Shown: positions 11,361 to 22,814 of the stretch, one piece after another
Layout of the letters: each line of letters begins with the position of its first letter
How positions within the stretch are numbered: position 1 is the first letter of the stretch
NCBI GenBank assembly: GCA_002633005.1
Contig: NMRA01000420.1
Span: 353,191-401,747, forward strand
DNA from: Phoronis australis
Lineage: Eukaryota > Animalia > Phoronida
Length of the DNA stretch: 48,557 bases
Direction of reading: 5' to 3'
Notes under the pieces: generated by a model
What the model was told of the DNA's origin: nothing
What the model saw: only the letters and a program-made list of their open reading frames with translations
Database searches by the model: none
Made by a program: the position numbers and the translations under genes

Positions 11361-13229
11361 TATAGAAGTTAAAGCATTGAACCATTCATTTATATCAGAA
11401 GTATGTCGGAAACCGTTAGAAACAACCCATCTTGGAATATAAAAATTGAAACATTCCCTGAACTGATTTGTCTGCAACAGCTTGTCAGCTTCGATGAATT
11501 TCTTAGTTTTCTTGGTCTATTTTCGTGTCTTAGCTTCTGGAATGTACATAACAATAGAAACATTTCCCTGTGTTGATCAGCATTGGAAAATAACGATGGA
11601 AACTGCTGATTTTCAGAACTTGAGGTAAGGGCTATCGCAAAGGAGAGTTTTACGCCGCAGCCGGCGACGTAGTTGAACGCTGCGAGTTGAGACGATTGCT
11701 TAAAGTAAAAAAAACACATACTCGTTATTAGGTCTTGATTTCCTGTAAAGACCTTATTTCTCAGGGTAGATATGCTGCATGCATCCATAAGGAAACGTTT
11801 TTTGTTGATTTGAATAAGATTTTGGCAGATTTTACTAGCCGGTGACCTTACTCACTTTGACCTATTTACATGTATGATGACCAAGATTGAAACTTCAGCG
11901 AGGCCCAAAATAGCCGCCTGATCACCGTGCGTCGAAATTTTCATTAGTAAATCTTTTCTGTTTTTAGAGCAGTAAAACTGCTTTTACAGGAACGATGCCT
12001 TGAATAAATGATTTAGGTAACCCAAATGATTGAGCCCAATAAATTTTGGCGTTGTACACGCGAATTTACTCCATCACCAGACTGCCCACCAACCGTGAAA
12101 TATGGCTTCTACCGTGATCCGTTTTGGCTCTACTTTATATCACACTTGAATACGTCACATATACAATGGCCATATTTTCATATATATGGGATAAATATAG
12201 ATTATTACATGGCGAAGTTGTTATCCACCGTTATCTAGAGCCCGAGTGGATTTTGGGGAATTATCGCCCTCGTTCAAATACTTTTGCATATCACGAATCT
12301 CGATATAATAACACCCTGGTACAAACACGTACGTTGTATAACCTATATATACACATCGTGCCGTAATATCACTTATAACATACTTAATGCAAAATAGAAC
12401 GTCGAATTTCGTATACTACTAGCGCATTGCCACAATCTGTTAGACGCCATTGCTGCACCGCAGAGCTTAAGACTTTCCTTGTTTAAGAGGGACTACCACG
12501 GTCAGTTAAAGAGGCCTGGGGTGCAGAAAACTGAGCAGAGGAACTAGACATCTGACTCAAGTGTCCAGCAGTGTAACTCAGTGAGAGTCGACTGCACGAC
12601 CCTGAGTAGAGCAAGTGGACACACCCTAGGTCACGCTGTCTCCTCTAACGTGAGAGTCATTCACTCTGAATATTTGCAAGAACTTCTTGAAAAAATCGTG
12701 AGATTCACTATTTTTTGAAAACACAGACGAAATATAAACTCTTTCAAATTATCTGCCACGCGCATACACTCAAATAATTACCCAATAAACATAACCAAAT
12801 GCGTTTAATAATATACTTGAATACTACACTAAGTTTATAACTATTTTTAAACAGTTAGGACTTATTTCAAATGCCCCTGAGTCACACAGGTTTGGTGCTT
12901 GAATTCGACACTGTTCTGTTTACGTCAAAGCTCAAAGCTACATCTATGTCTTGCCACGCCATAGAAATCTATAACCTTGGAATGCCAACTCCCGCACGTG
13001 AGTTATTTACTGCAACCCCGAGACAAGCCGCGAGAGTTTGCGCTGAGAATTTCCCTCTGCCTGTTCGACTGAGTTTTTGAAGGGCTAAATTTATTCTTTT
13101 ATAAACAAATATATAGAGAATCCTGCAAGAGTCTCAGGTTGATGACATGGGCAAAACCTCTTTGAAATTTCGTCAAAATGCCGAGGCTTGCAGAGCTTCT
13201 TAAGGTCGTTGGTTTGTGTGTTCTTGCCG

Positions 13230-14080
13230 ATTTGATGGCGATTGTTTTGGGTATGCAGAGTCAGCAAACCAAGTTCAACACTCGTCACTAGACTAATGAG
13301 TGTTGGACCTATAACATCAGTAATCTAGAGTTTTTTATTCAGAGTTTTGTCAAAGAAACTAGCTTGCAGTTTCTAGGGCACCAAAATTCTTAATTAGAGT
13401 TCCACCCTAAGCAGATAAATCAAAGTTGGGAGCAGGGAACAAGCTCACTGGTAATCCATTCTGATCAATGTTATTGGGGAATACTTGCTTGAAAACACAA
13501 ATATGCATGACATTCAGCTATGCGCCTGTGTCGAATTTACAGATTCGAACCATGACGTTACGCCTTGTGCAGTCTGCATCATGAAGTGGACAAATGCCTC
13601 AGTTTTGTCTTCGATAGTGTCCAGTGTGTACACTTCGAATAATTGATCAACATTATGTACCTTGGGGCACTTTGGGAAGGTTTGTGCGAGCTCTGATTTG
13701 TTTATGGGAGGCATAATTAATATGTTTCTCTATTTGCGTCTCAAACAGACATTGACAAAATGTCCCGTCATTTTGCAAAAATTGCAGACCAGTCCATACG
13801 CAGGGCATGCTTCTTCCTCGGGTGCATGATTGCCACCACATTTGAAGCAGGAGGATTGTCTCGCCTTCTCTTTTACAGCAGGCTTCTTTCCTTGGACAAA
13901 CTGTTTAGGTTGAGCACCGGTAACACCGAGTCCATCACTATTTTTAATGCCCTGCATATGCACCATTGCAGTCTCATGGGCACATATCATACTTAATACG
14001 CTATCTAACGTGAGATCTTCTGTGGCAATAGGATTTTCTGGGCTATCAGAAATAAGCTTCCGAAGACATGTTGCTGCTTT
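13230..14080 (-). pseudogene. Gypsy-type LTR retrotransposon gag-protease relic
   Basis: DLTLDSV...CFKCGGNH...CPAYGLVCNFCKMTGHFVNVC (tandem CCHC knuckles); protease site KFDTGA*LNV encoded at 13521-13532; downstream TSVELGLL; stops and frameshifts; no LTRs found. Confidence 0.8.
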
Positions 14081-15201
14081 CCCATTAAAAGAAGTCCAAT
14101 ATAAAGCTCGGCTTGCCAACGGAAGGATGTCTGACCATCTGATTACCCACTGATGGTCAAAAGGGCATAGCATCCTATCATGAAAAAGCACTATTTTTGG
14201 CTTATTGGCTACCTCGCTATCAGAGATGGAAGCAGCAGTTTCTGTACTTTCGTAAACACGCAGATACTTGATTATCTTGGAGAAATATTTTTGTGTGTTG
14301 CTCCCTTGGCATGTTTCTGATACTATCCATAGAACAATGGGGAGTGGCGAAAACGGCCCAGCGGAAAGGACGCACCTTGGCTAAATTCCCTTCCATGGAG
14401 CAAACACAATGAGACTGTTCAGTGACGAGTTGGACGTACAATGTGTTTACTCATGGAAGTGAAAACAGAGCCTAGGTGCAAGCATACTGCATGACCATTG
14501 ACATTGGTTAGCAAATCTACTGTAGTTCGTGTTTTATGTAGTGATTTCATTTAATTGGTCACGTTTTGAAAAGTGGGCTAAGTCTGCACCTGGGTGAGGT
14601 TTTGGGGTACCCGGTACACTGCCTCAGAGGTTTTTATCTAATCTTCTGAAACATACCCACCCAAGAAGCCCTACGTGCCGTCCACATACAGCTAGCGTTA
14701 GAAACAATGCAAATTATATAGATAACATTTTCAAGGAAGTCAGACGGCGTGCTGCATGAAATCGCCATTGTTTAGTTTTCGTCAAAGGTAAGAGGTCACA
14801 TGTTTCATATAAAGGATATGTGTCTTGTCAAGTCTAATAAGGAGACGTGCTTTGCCTTGTGGAAGAAAATCGAGGAAGTGAAGAGCAGTTGTCGGATCGT
14901 TTTTTTTTGTAAATTTGAAACTAAAAGAGATATGCATTGACACCTACAAAAATTCGAAATCTTTACCAACAAACCGTAAAAATACCCGGTGAAGAGTTTG
15001 ACGTCTTTTTAGTGGCCGAAACTACTTTTGAATAATATGATTTAGGCCTGTTTATGACTAAAGACTTAAAATTTGTATAATTTAAAATCAAACTTTGGGC
15101 TAAGTTGACACAGAGTTCAGGTGGCCCGATGCCTTTGGCGATACATCAAACGTGCTTAGGCGGCAAGGCCGTGTCCATCACACTGATCACCCGATCATGA
15201 C

Positions 15202-15507
15202 TCATGGGGACCCGACATCGGTTTCCTCCATGGGCAAAATGTTCCAACCTGCCCGTTTGTTCAGAAAGATAAAAAGACTTTTAAGCCAGGATGAACTAGC
15301 AATATCAACCAGGCGGGTTATGTGTCTATCAAGTAGTAGTTTACGGTGTCTGCTGTAGACAAGGCAAATATCCACCAGATGTTGAAAAGTCTCGGCCTCC
15401 AGGCTGTATGAACATGCCGCGTGGCCTGTGATGTTACTGTGCCGAGCTATGTCGGAGAGTCCACTAATAACCTGGATCACCCGTCTTGAGTCTGATAGCC
15501 AATCTAT
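15202..15507 (-). CDS. Weak candidate terminal exon, unknown product
   Basis: Strong acceptor TTTTATTTGTTGTGTTTAG ending at 15508, followed in phase 0 by 101 open codons; no recognised motif. Confidence 0.2.
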   Translation of the reverse strand: MDWLSDSRRVIQVISGLSDIARHSNITGHAACSYSLEAETFQHLVDICLVYSRHRKLLLDRHITRLVDIASSSWLKSLFIFLNKRAGWNILPMEETDVGSP

Positions 15508-17500
15508 CTAAACACAACAAATAAAACTGAAGACAAAAATTCAGAGAAGATAGTTTTATGTACATAAAGTCGGATTTTGATCTGTCTAACTTGTACAGAA
15601 ATTTAGTCGGTTTTTGAGTCAGTGAGCACTCAAACTACCTTTTGCCACCTGTTGTGAATTCACAAAATTAAGTGACGCGGTTTTCAAGAATACTATTTGA
15701 TCATGAATTTCTAAATGGAAATTTATTTACGTTTTGGATACCGTTAGGATCTTGTTTGTTTGAATAGACCCTGGTGTGACCCGATTTCGGTTTAACTTAA
15801 GACAGAAAAGTTTCATGAAACTACTTCCAGGTCACTATGTGAGATGGGGACGATTTCCACGAACCTTTGGTATTCTTAGTAAGCCTGGATTGGTGAGTAT
15901 GTACAGTTTTCGGTACTTAATTTCTTTTTTGGCTACTAGAATAACGTTCAATCACATTTTACTAATACCTCTCCCGTTCGCTTGAGTAGCTGTGAAGGCC
16001 GTTTTCTCTCCCCATGTACATGTACATGTATATTTACATTGCTGGCGTTTTGGCCATGAACTGGGGCATGTCCGTCAATTTTCTTACGGTTGTAGAATTC
16101 TAGTACCGTTACCAACAATAGCATCGAAACCACCTGAATGGCTCAAGAAAACGCCTCGGAGTTTTATGGTTGTCCAACCCCAAAGTTGTGACTTCGAAAA
16201 TTGGGCATACATGGCCTGTGACGCAAAGTTGCTGGCACATTCGGCATATGGAATCAAGATCGGATGAGTGTGTTAATGTTTTTAAACCCTAAAGTGCATC
16301 TGTTTACAATTCAAGATTGGCAGCCGGCTAAATGTAACTTTAAAAATGGCTGGAATGAAATGGTTTCTTATGTTTATTATCTTGTTCCAACGCAAAGCAT
16401 CTAGCACACCACCTGAATTCGAAAAACGACCGAGCAGGGTAGTTAAACCTCAGGCTCACTTCTGTTTACGCAACTGATATGAACTGGTGACACCAATCAC
16501 CACATAGAGCGTCGGTCAAGTGCCTGCCTCTTAAACGTCTTATTTCCGTTTCACAAGGTGACCGAACGAAAGTACATTAATAATTACTGCATGATCTTCA
16601 CTAGTGTATTCATATTATGTTGAGAACAGACGTTGACAACTTTGAGTTGCATTGCCCCCTAGTAGCCATTCCATTTTCCGGTCTTCCTTTGTTTCTCTGA
16701 AGTTTCTAGACAGATTTTTATCGGAAATTGGTAAATACTTTCTGTTAAAGAAATGATGATATGTTTCTGTTTTCGGATGAACTTGACATATTTTGCGCCA
16801 CCTGGTGGCCATTTTATGATAGAAATAGACATCGCGAGAAGCATATCGTTTGCAATGACCAATTGCTTCGAAATTTTTCCTCTGATATTTTTGTAGAATG
16901 CTATTATCAGTACTGCTTAACTGGAAGTTGTTTTCAAAATGGCGGCTCTGACGCATTTTCATCATTTTTTCAATACTGCTGGGGTGCCACAAGGGGAAGA
17001 GGAAATGACGTGAATTTTTTCATATGAAGTCTCGCTCGTCAGTCACCTTCCGGTGGTGGCACCTAAATTAATATACCTGGCCTAGCTCATAGGCTGCCTT
17101 CCGGAGGGAAGCCTAATAATATCGGGAGGGCCCGATCTCTAGCCGCCTTTCGACGAGGCCCCAATTTTATTACAGAGGGCCTCACCGGAAGGCGGCCGGA
17201 GAGCAGGGCCTCTATATTAATAAAGTTGGCCCCGCACATCGACCACCTTTCGGCGAGGCCTTCTATATTAATATAGGAACCACGCTTTTGAAGCCCGGAA
17301 TTCAATTTTTTGCGCATGTCATTTTATTAACAATAAGTCAGTTTAAATAATAAGCTGTTAATTTTGATCGATATAGCCTGGCGAGCTTAGTTCACAGAGT
17401 GTACGTGATACAAAATTGCCATATTGTTCTCGAGTCCGAAGTTTCGCAAAGAACAGTCCAGTGTTGAGTTGTACCCATTGAGGACAGTTGAACAGCGTCG

Positions 17501-18324
17501 TCACCTGGGTAGAGAAACCATTGGTACAACTCTAGTGTCCATGACGTGCTTTACACTTTTGGCCATTTTTATCACTAGAAAAAGGAAGGCCGCAGTGGTG
17601 AAAATACATGGCAATAGTTTCAATGGTACGCCGGGAACACCCTTTTCAAAAGTCAGTATAGATATACCTAGCCAGAAAGAGAACCAAACACAAGAATGTC
17701 CGTACAAAAACACAGTCCACTCGACAAAACGGGCCAGCTCGATGACACCGAAGACCATCATCTCGGTGCCCAGCAACCCGCAGAATACGTATAATGCCAA
17801 TGTCCGGTTCGTGGCGCCAAGATCCGTGTGTATGAACACGAGTAACGTATTCCACGTGGATACACCGAGTCGTGCTGCTATAAGGGCAAACCCGTTCAGG
17901 ATTAGTAGCTGGAAAAACCACTTGTCTTTGTCGCCGACTGCATGTTGGCATTCCGTTTCTTTCAGGTGAGCCTCTCTCAGTACGATCGCTAACGCAGCAC
18001 AGGAGGCAATATGAGCGAATCCTATGGCTAAAGCAGCCCAGCCATCTTGATCCATTTTCACTAGCTTCCCCCACACGAGGCATAGTGAACTTGTTAAAAA
18101 GAACATACCGTGTGCTGTTCGAGGTATATATCCTGGATGGCGGTAAAACCACCCTCCTTCTAGATTGCGTCTAAACGTGCATACGCAAGAGTACAGACAA
18201 ATGAGTTCCACGGAGGCGAATATGAGGTAATTAAGAACGACGCTCAAGGTATGAGGCAAGGGCAGGTTCATCCTTTGAACTTTAAGGTCAAGCATGTCGG
18301 TGATAGACAACCGCGGCTCAGCTC
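17501..18324 (-). CDS. Large 3' exon of an uncharacterised multi-pass (~7 TM in this exon) membrane protein
   Basis: Intact ~270-codon frame with regularly spaced hydrophobic helices; TTTTCAG acceptor at 18325 (phase 1). Spacing of LYSCVCTFRR, WFYRHP and DKWFFQLLILNGFALIAA resembles, from memory, the invertebrate/fish family with TPAGWTFSIW and DLW..RILVQNGLA.YATW motifs. The 5' exon was not located. Confidence 0.75.
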
Positions 18325-20419
18325 CTGAAAATATCAGCTAAGTTTGCACATACATTTACGTCGAATAGTCTACTCAGATGGTGGTATTGTTACAGTCATG
18401 TTGACATGCACGCTTTGTTTCGAAGTTGTTCGAATCGACCAGCGTATTCGTCTTTTCATCGAAGGCCCACGTTGTTTGGTGGGTGTTCTTCACAGTTTGA
18501 TATTAACGCTGAAATTGTTTTCATGCTCAGTATTTTTGGTTTTTGGTCTTTGCCTATTGCAAATTTTCAAAAGAAAATGTGGTCACCGAATTACTGAGAT
18601 TTCCCAGTACATCCGTTTAACTAAAAGTGCTTTCGCGTGTACCAAAGCTTTGGTAAGTCGGAAAGGTTAACTGAGGTTGTAAAAGTAGGGGCCTAGAAGT
18701 TGTTTTTAAGCTATTTAAGCGCACACATCGTCATATTAGAATCCACTATTTGACCTTCTCAAAGGCGATCCAGTTTCAAAATCATGATTATCCCGATGGC
18801 GATTATATTGTGTTGTGATTGTAAAATAAGTTAAGTTGGTGGGAACAATCTGAGACGAGAAGTTTTCTTTCACATATTTTGATATTCTAAAAAGAATTTC
18901 CGCATGAATTAAATAGGTCCTTAGATTGCCCACACCAACGTCCCGGTCACGACAATTTCAAAACACACATGGAAGGATGACGTAATAAAGGTGCACTGAA
19001 TATTTTTTGAGCCATGATTGGATTTAGCCCTCCCAATTTCATTAAAATTTGATGCCTGGTGGGGTGTCTGGGCAGTTCAGGCTCTGTGCTGCATGTGAAG
19101 GCTACGAATGGCATTTGCTGGATTATTGTCAGCTGTTAACCCCTTGACCCACTTTTTGCTGAGCTGTGACTTTTCTTAAACTTTACTGATTGCAAACGAG
19201 AAATTGAAATTTAGCGGGAAATTCAGGTACCCTTCAGACTATGGCATTTTCAAAAATCTGGCCACCCGACACAAAGTTTTACCTGATTTGTGGAATGTGG
19301 AAAGTTCTAGACCGGTTGCACTTCCGATAGTGGTAAACAGGGGGGGGGCTGACTTTGGAATCAGTTTCTATAGACTTTGTGCAAGGTTTTTGAAGTCTTT
19401 AGTCCATTGTACTACTCTAATTTTCAAGTTTTGTACACCCTGTGGTGCAGACTGTTGGACATGAGTGAACCTGGTATTTCGAGCCTCAAATCAGCAAAAA
19501 TTGATGAGTGCCACCACATACGTCAACAAGACTGATCTCATTGGCCGCCTCCAGTATTGTGTCATGGACCGCGGCGACACCTAGTGGGGTGTGTGGTCCG
19601 ACAAAGTACGTGAGACGTCGACTACTATTGTCGATTTCTTTTTGTCAAATTCAAAATTGGGACCTGTTTTTGTTTGAAATATTGATAATAAAAATATGAT
19701 AAATTTATAGGCTTATGCAAAATACAGTGTATAAGGAAAATCAAGAAAAAATCTGGTAGCGAAGCAAATATTAATTACGGAAAATACAGCACATCATGAC
19801 AAAAGGGGGACTCAGTATATTGTAATCAAAGGTGAGCAGGTGAAAGTAAGTGATCAGATGGTGGACAGGTACAAAACCTGCAGGATTTTGTCCAGGAGGT
19901 GGGGAGGTGATAAACATAAGATAGATCTGCAAAGGGAGAGGTAGGAATAGAAACGCTTCATTTCTTTCCAACATACGTAGGCATAGGAAGCAAGGGGGGC
20001 AGGGGGGGGGGGCAAGCGCCCCTCAACCAAAAGTTTGGGGGCGGAGATAGCTTTCCGCCCCCAGTATTGCAGATGTTAATAAGTATCGATTAATTAACAA
20101 TAAATTATCAAAACTTTCAGCACNGGGGGGGGGGGGGGGGGGGGGGGGCAAGCGCCCCTCAACCAAAAGTTTGGGGGCGGAGATAGCTTTCCGCCCCCAG
20201 TATTGCAGATGTTAATAAGTATCGATTAATTAACAATAAATTATCAAAACTTTCAGCACACCAACTTTGTTTTACAATAAAATATTTTATTGAAAAAATA
20301 ACAGACTGTCTTTCCCCCAACCATTAAATGTCTAAAAACTTCCACCAGACAGTATTCGAACAGGGGTCTAGATCTTTGTTCCAAAACTTCACACCTTCTA
20401 CATTCGAGCAGGAGCTCCG

Positions 20420-20859
20420 TGCCCGGTTGCATGAAATAGTCCCAAATAGCGTCTCAACTGAGTTGTCTAAATCTTTTGCATAACTATTTTTGCTTTTAAC
20501 TCTTGTATGTTATATTTTTTCTATCATTTTGTCTTTATTACGAGTTTCTCTTTGACATGTGAAGTTTTCTAATAGTATACGTACAAGCTGAGCCCTTAAT
20601 TCACTCAAAACATTTAAGGACTTAGTCCTTAAATAGGGGGCGTTGTATGAAAAAATCCCTACTTATTTTCAATAATATTGAGAATTCAACGTAGTGTTGA
20701 CTCTCGATTTGTCTCAAAGCCACAAATTGACTTAGTGATGAGACTCAAACAGCATAAGAAAGGACAATCAGTGTTTTCACAAACTCACAAATGAGCTGTA
20801 CATTTAGTGAACTTTTGTTAATCGAGTCCCTATTTGGGACTGTTTCATGCAACCTGGCA
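20420..20859. mobile_element. 440-bp MITE (PIF/Harbinger-like)
   Basis: 30-bp TIR TGCCCGGTTGCATGAAATAGTCCCAAATAG / CTATTTGGGACTGTTTCATGCAACCTGGCA; flanks CCG/CTG; left-truncated paralog at 27156-27428. Confidence 0.8.
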
Positions 20860-21490
20860 CTGGATCCCCCTGCATTCGTGCCTGATGAGATCTGAAACAC
20901 GCGGGTAGCGACTTGGGGTGGGGTGAAATGAGTAAAACTGGCGCAAAAATGGGAGGGGGTTTTAAATCAGGAAGTATAAATTCCTGCCTGTAGTCCAGTA
21001 AACCTGTCTTCTATGCCGCCCCCAAAACAGCAGATACCTATTGAATGCACAGAGCATTTTGGATTCTTTTTTACAGTGCTTTCCAGCTCTTGTACACGAT
21101 TCACATTTTATCATCAAATCAACTATCAGCAGATAGTTAACCCCGGTTAAAGGCAAATTCAGCCTACATCGGCCAACTTCAAAGTAAATAACATAAGGAC
21201 GCCTTGTTTTCCGACGTGATGCTTAAAGACCTGTGTCGAAAACAAAAATCTTAACAAACGACATCGTCACTGATAGTAGGTAATGTACACATGTACTACC
21301 GCAGTATCACCGAAGTAGGGCTCATCATGCCTTTAAAAGAACACTTCCTTCAAAACTTGCTATGGCAAATTATCAGGCAGGTTACCAACCCAAACACTTA
21401 AAATTTATGATACCCTAAAGTCCATACCACGATTGAAAATAAATGTGCACCTTGAAATGCAGTCAAAATCGCACAAAATAGCGATGCATC
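20453..21490 (+). repeat. Old local duplication; second copy at 27156-27484 plus 33253-33810, split by the 5.8-kb element
   Basis: Shared blocks CTCAACTGAGTTGTCTAAATCTTTTG, GGCACTGGA, AGTCCAGTAAACCTG, GGCCAACTTCAAAG.AAATAACATAAGGACGCCTT, TATGGCAAATTATCA.GCAGGTTACCAA and AGCGATGCATC occur in the same order. Confidence 0.85.
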
Positions 21491-21857
21491 GAACGATCAC
21501 AGATGCGGCAGGAACCATGAAGATTAGAACTACACGTGTAGAGCACGCAGGTCCTAGTCAAAGGTTATGTCACTGGGTGAAAGTCAAGGAAAATAACTGT
21601 ATCGATCACAGCACGAGGCATGAAACACTTTGTGGTAAGGAATTCACTTCACAGTACTAAGGGTTAAGAACTATACAATATCGGGACACCAAGATGTTCG
21701 GCTCAAAGACACCATAAACATTGTTACAGTATTGTCCAGTCATTCTACGGATAACCCGGAAAAATTGCAACAGAAGGTTTTATTGCATAAATCGTATCCT
21801 TTCACACCCCTTAGTGGAAAAAAGTCTACCGGAATCGGAGTGGCGGAAGTTGGTTTT

Positions 21858-22474
21858 TCAAGATGGCGGACAAAATAACCGCCAGATTTTCTGATGCGCA
21901 TTATAACTCAAGAGTGGAATGTGGTAGAGTAAAAATTCAAAAAGGTTTACCTATGTTTTGTGGGTCCATTGGAAATGGTTTTACATGGCTGTGGTGACAA
22001 CGTCCGCCATTTTCCAAGATGGCCGCCCAATCTACTTGAGTCGCAAAACTTCACACGAACAGATTAGTGTCGTCTTGCTTCAAACATCGCATCCTAGGTT
22101 TTCTGGGCGACTAATCCATTGAGACTCATTACATTTGACACTAATGATTACTTCCACCATTTCCAAGATGGCGGACAAAATGGCCGCCAGATTTGCAGGG
22201 GATCATTATAACTCGAGAGTGGAATGTGATAGTAAAAATTCAAAAATGTTTTCCTATCTTTTGTGGGTCAACAAGTCCATTGGAAAAGTTTTGCATGGCC
22301 GTGGTGACACCATCAGCCATTTTCCAAGATGGCCTTCAAAACTATTTCGAATCGCACAACTTCGCACAAACAGATTAGTGTGTCGTCTTGCTTCAAGTAT
22401 CAAAGGTTTTCTGGGTCGACTAATCCATTTAGACTCAATGCGTTTGGCTGTAATGATTACTTCCACTATTTTCT
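21858..22474 (+). repeat. Subterminal tandem duplication (2 x ~306-310 bp) inside the Academ element
   Basis: Units start at CAAGATGGCGGACAAAAT (~21859, ~22164) and share CATTATAACTC.AGAGTGGAATGTG and ACAGATTAGTGT..CGTCTTGCTTCAA. Confidence 0.85.
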
Positions 22475-22814
22475 AAGATGGCCACCAAATAGTTGCTTCG
22501 TGTAAGATTTTCAAATTCCAGAGACACGCCATATCCTGAGTTTTACAAGTCAGCACATCCATTACAATATTTTTGTCTGGCTCTTGATGATTACGACTAC
22601 CATTTTCAAGATGGTTTAACGAATAACGTATTTGGGTCAAATACATCAGGTTTGCCTGAACTGAAGGATCATTGCTCTACTGAAAAAATGTGCTGTATTA
22701 ATTCAGTGATCTACTATCCACACTGTCTGTGTTACTTCCAGTTAGTTATAAATGCTAGTGAATCTATACACAATGAACCAGTATTTACACAACTTATCTC
22801 TGTCAACTCACAAT

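Larger units (their letters stand above)
5395..12210 (+). repeat. Cluster of fragmented same-orientation copies of one repeat family, interrupted by nested insertions
   Basis: Block A at 5922-6433, 9640-9926 and 11361-11715; block B at 8860-9430 and 11700-12135; quasi-palindromic block C at 5395-5650, 9480-9630 and partially 12160-12210. Segment 8670-8850 also matches 40310-40495. Confidence 0.75.

Noticed and set aside
17424-18152. Overlapping ORFs 17424-17969 (+) and 17646-18152 (-)
   Set aside because: Shadow frames of the membrane-protein exon with no recognisable protein features.
20002-20259. Perfect ~120-bp tandem duplication
   Set aside because: Identical copies flank a single N and a poly-G run, typical of an unmerged contig overlap.
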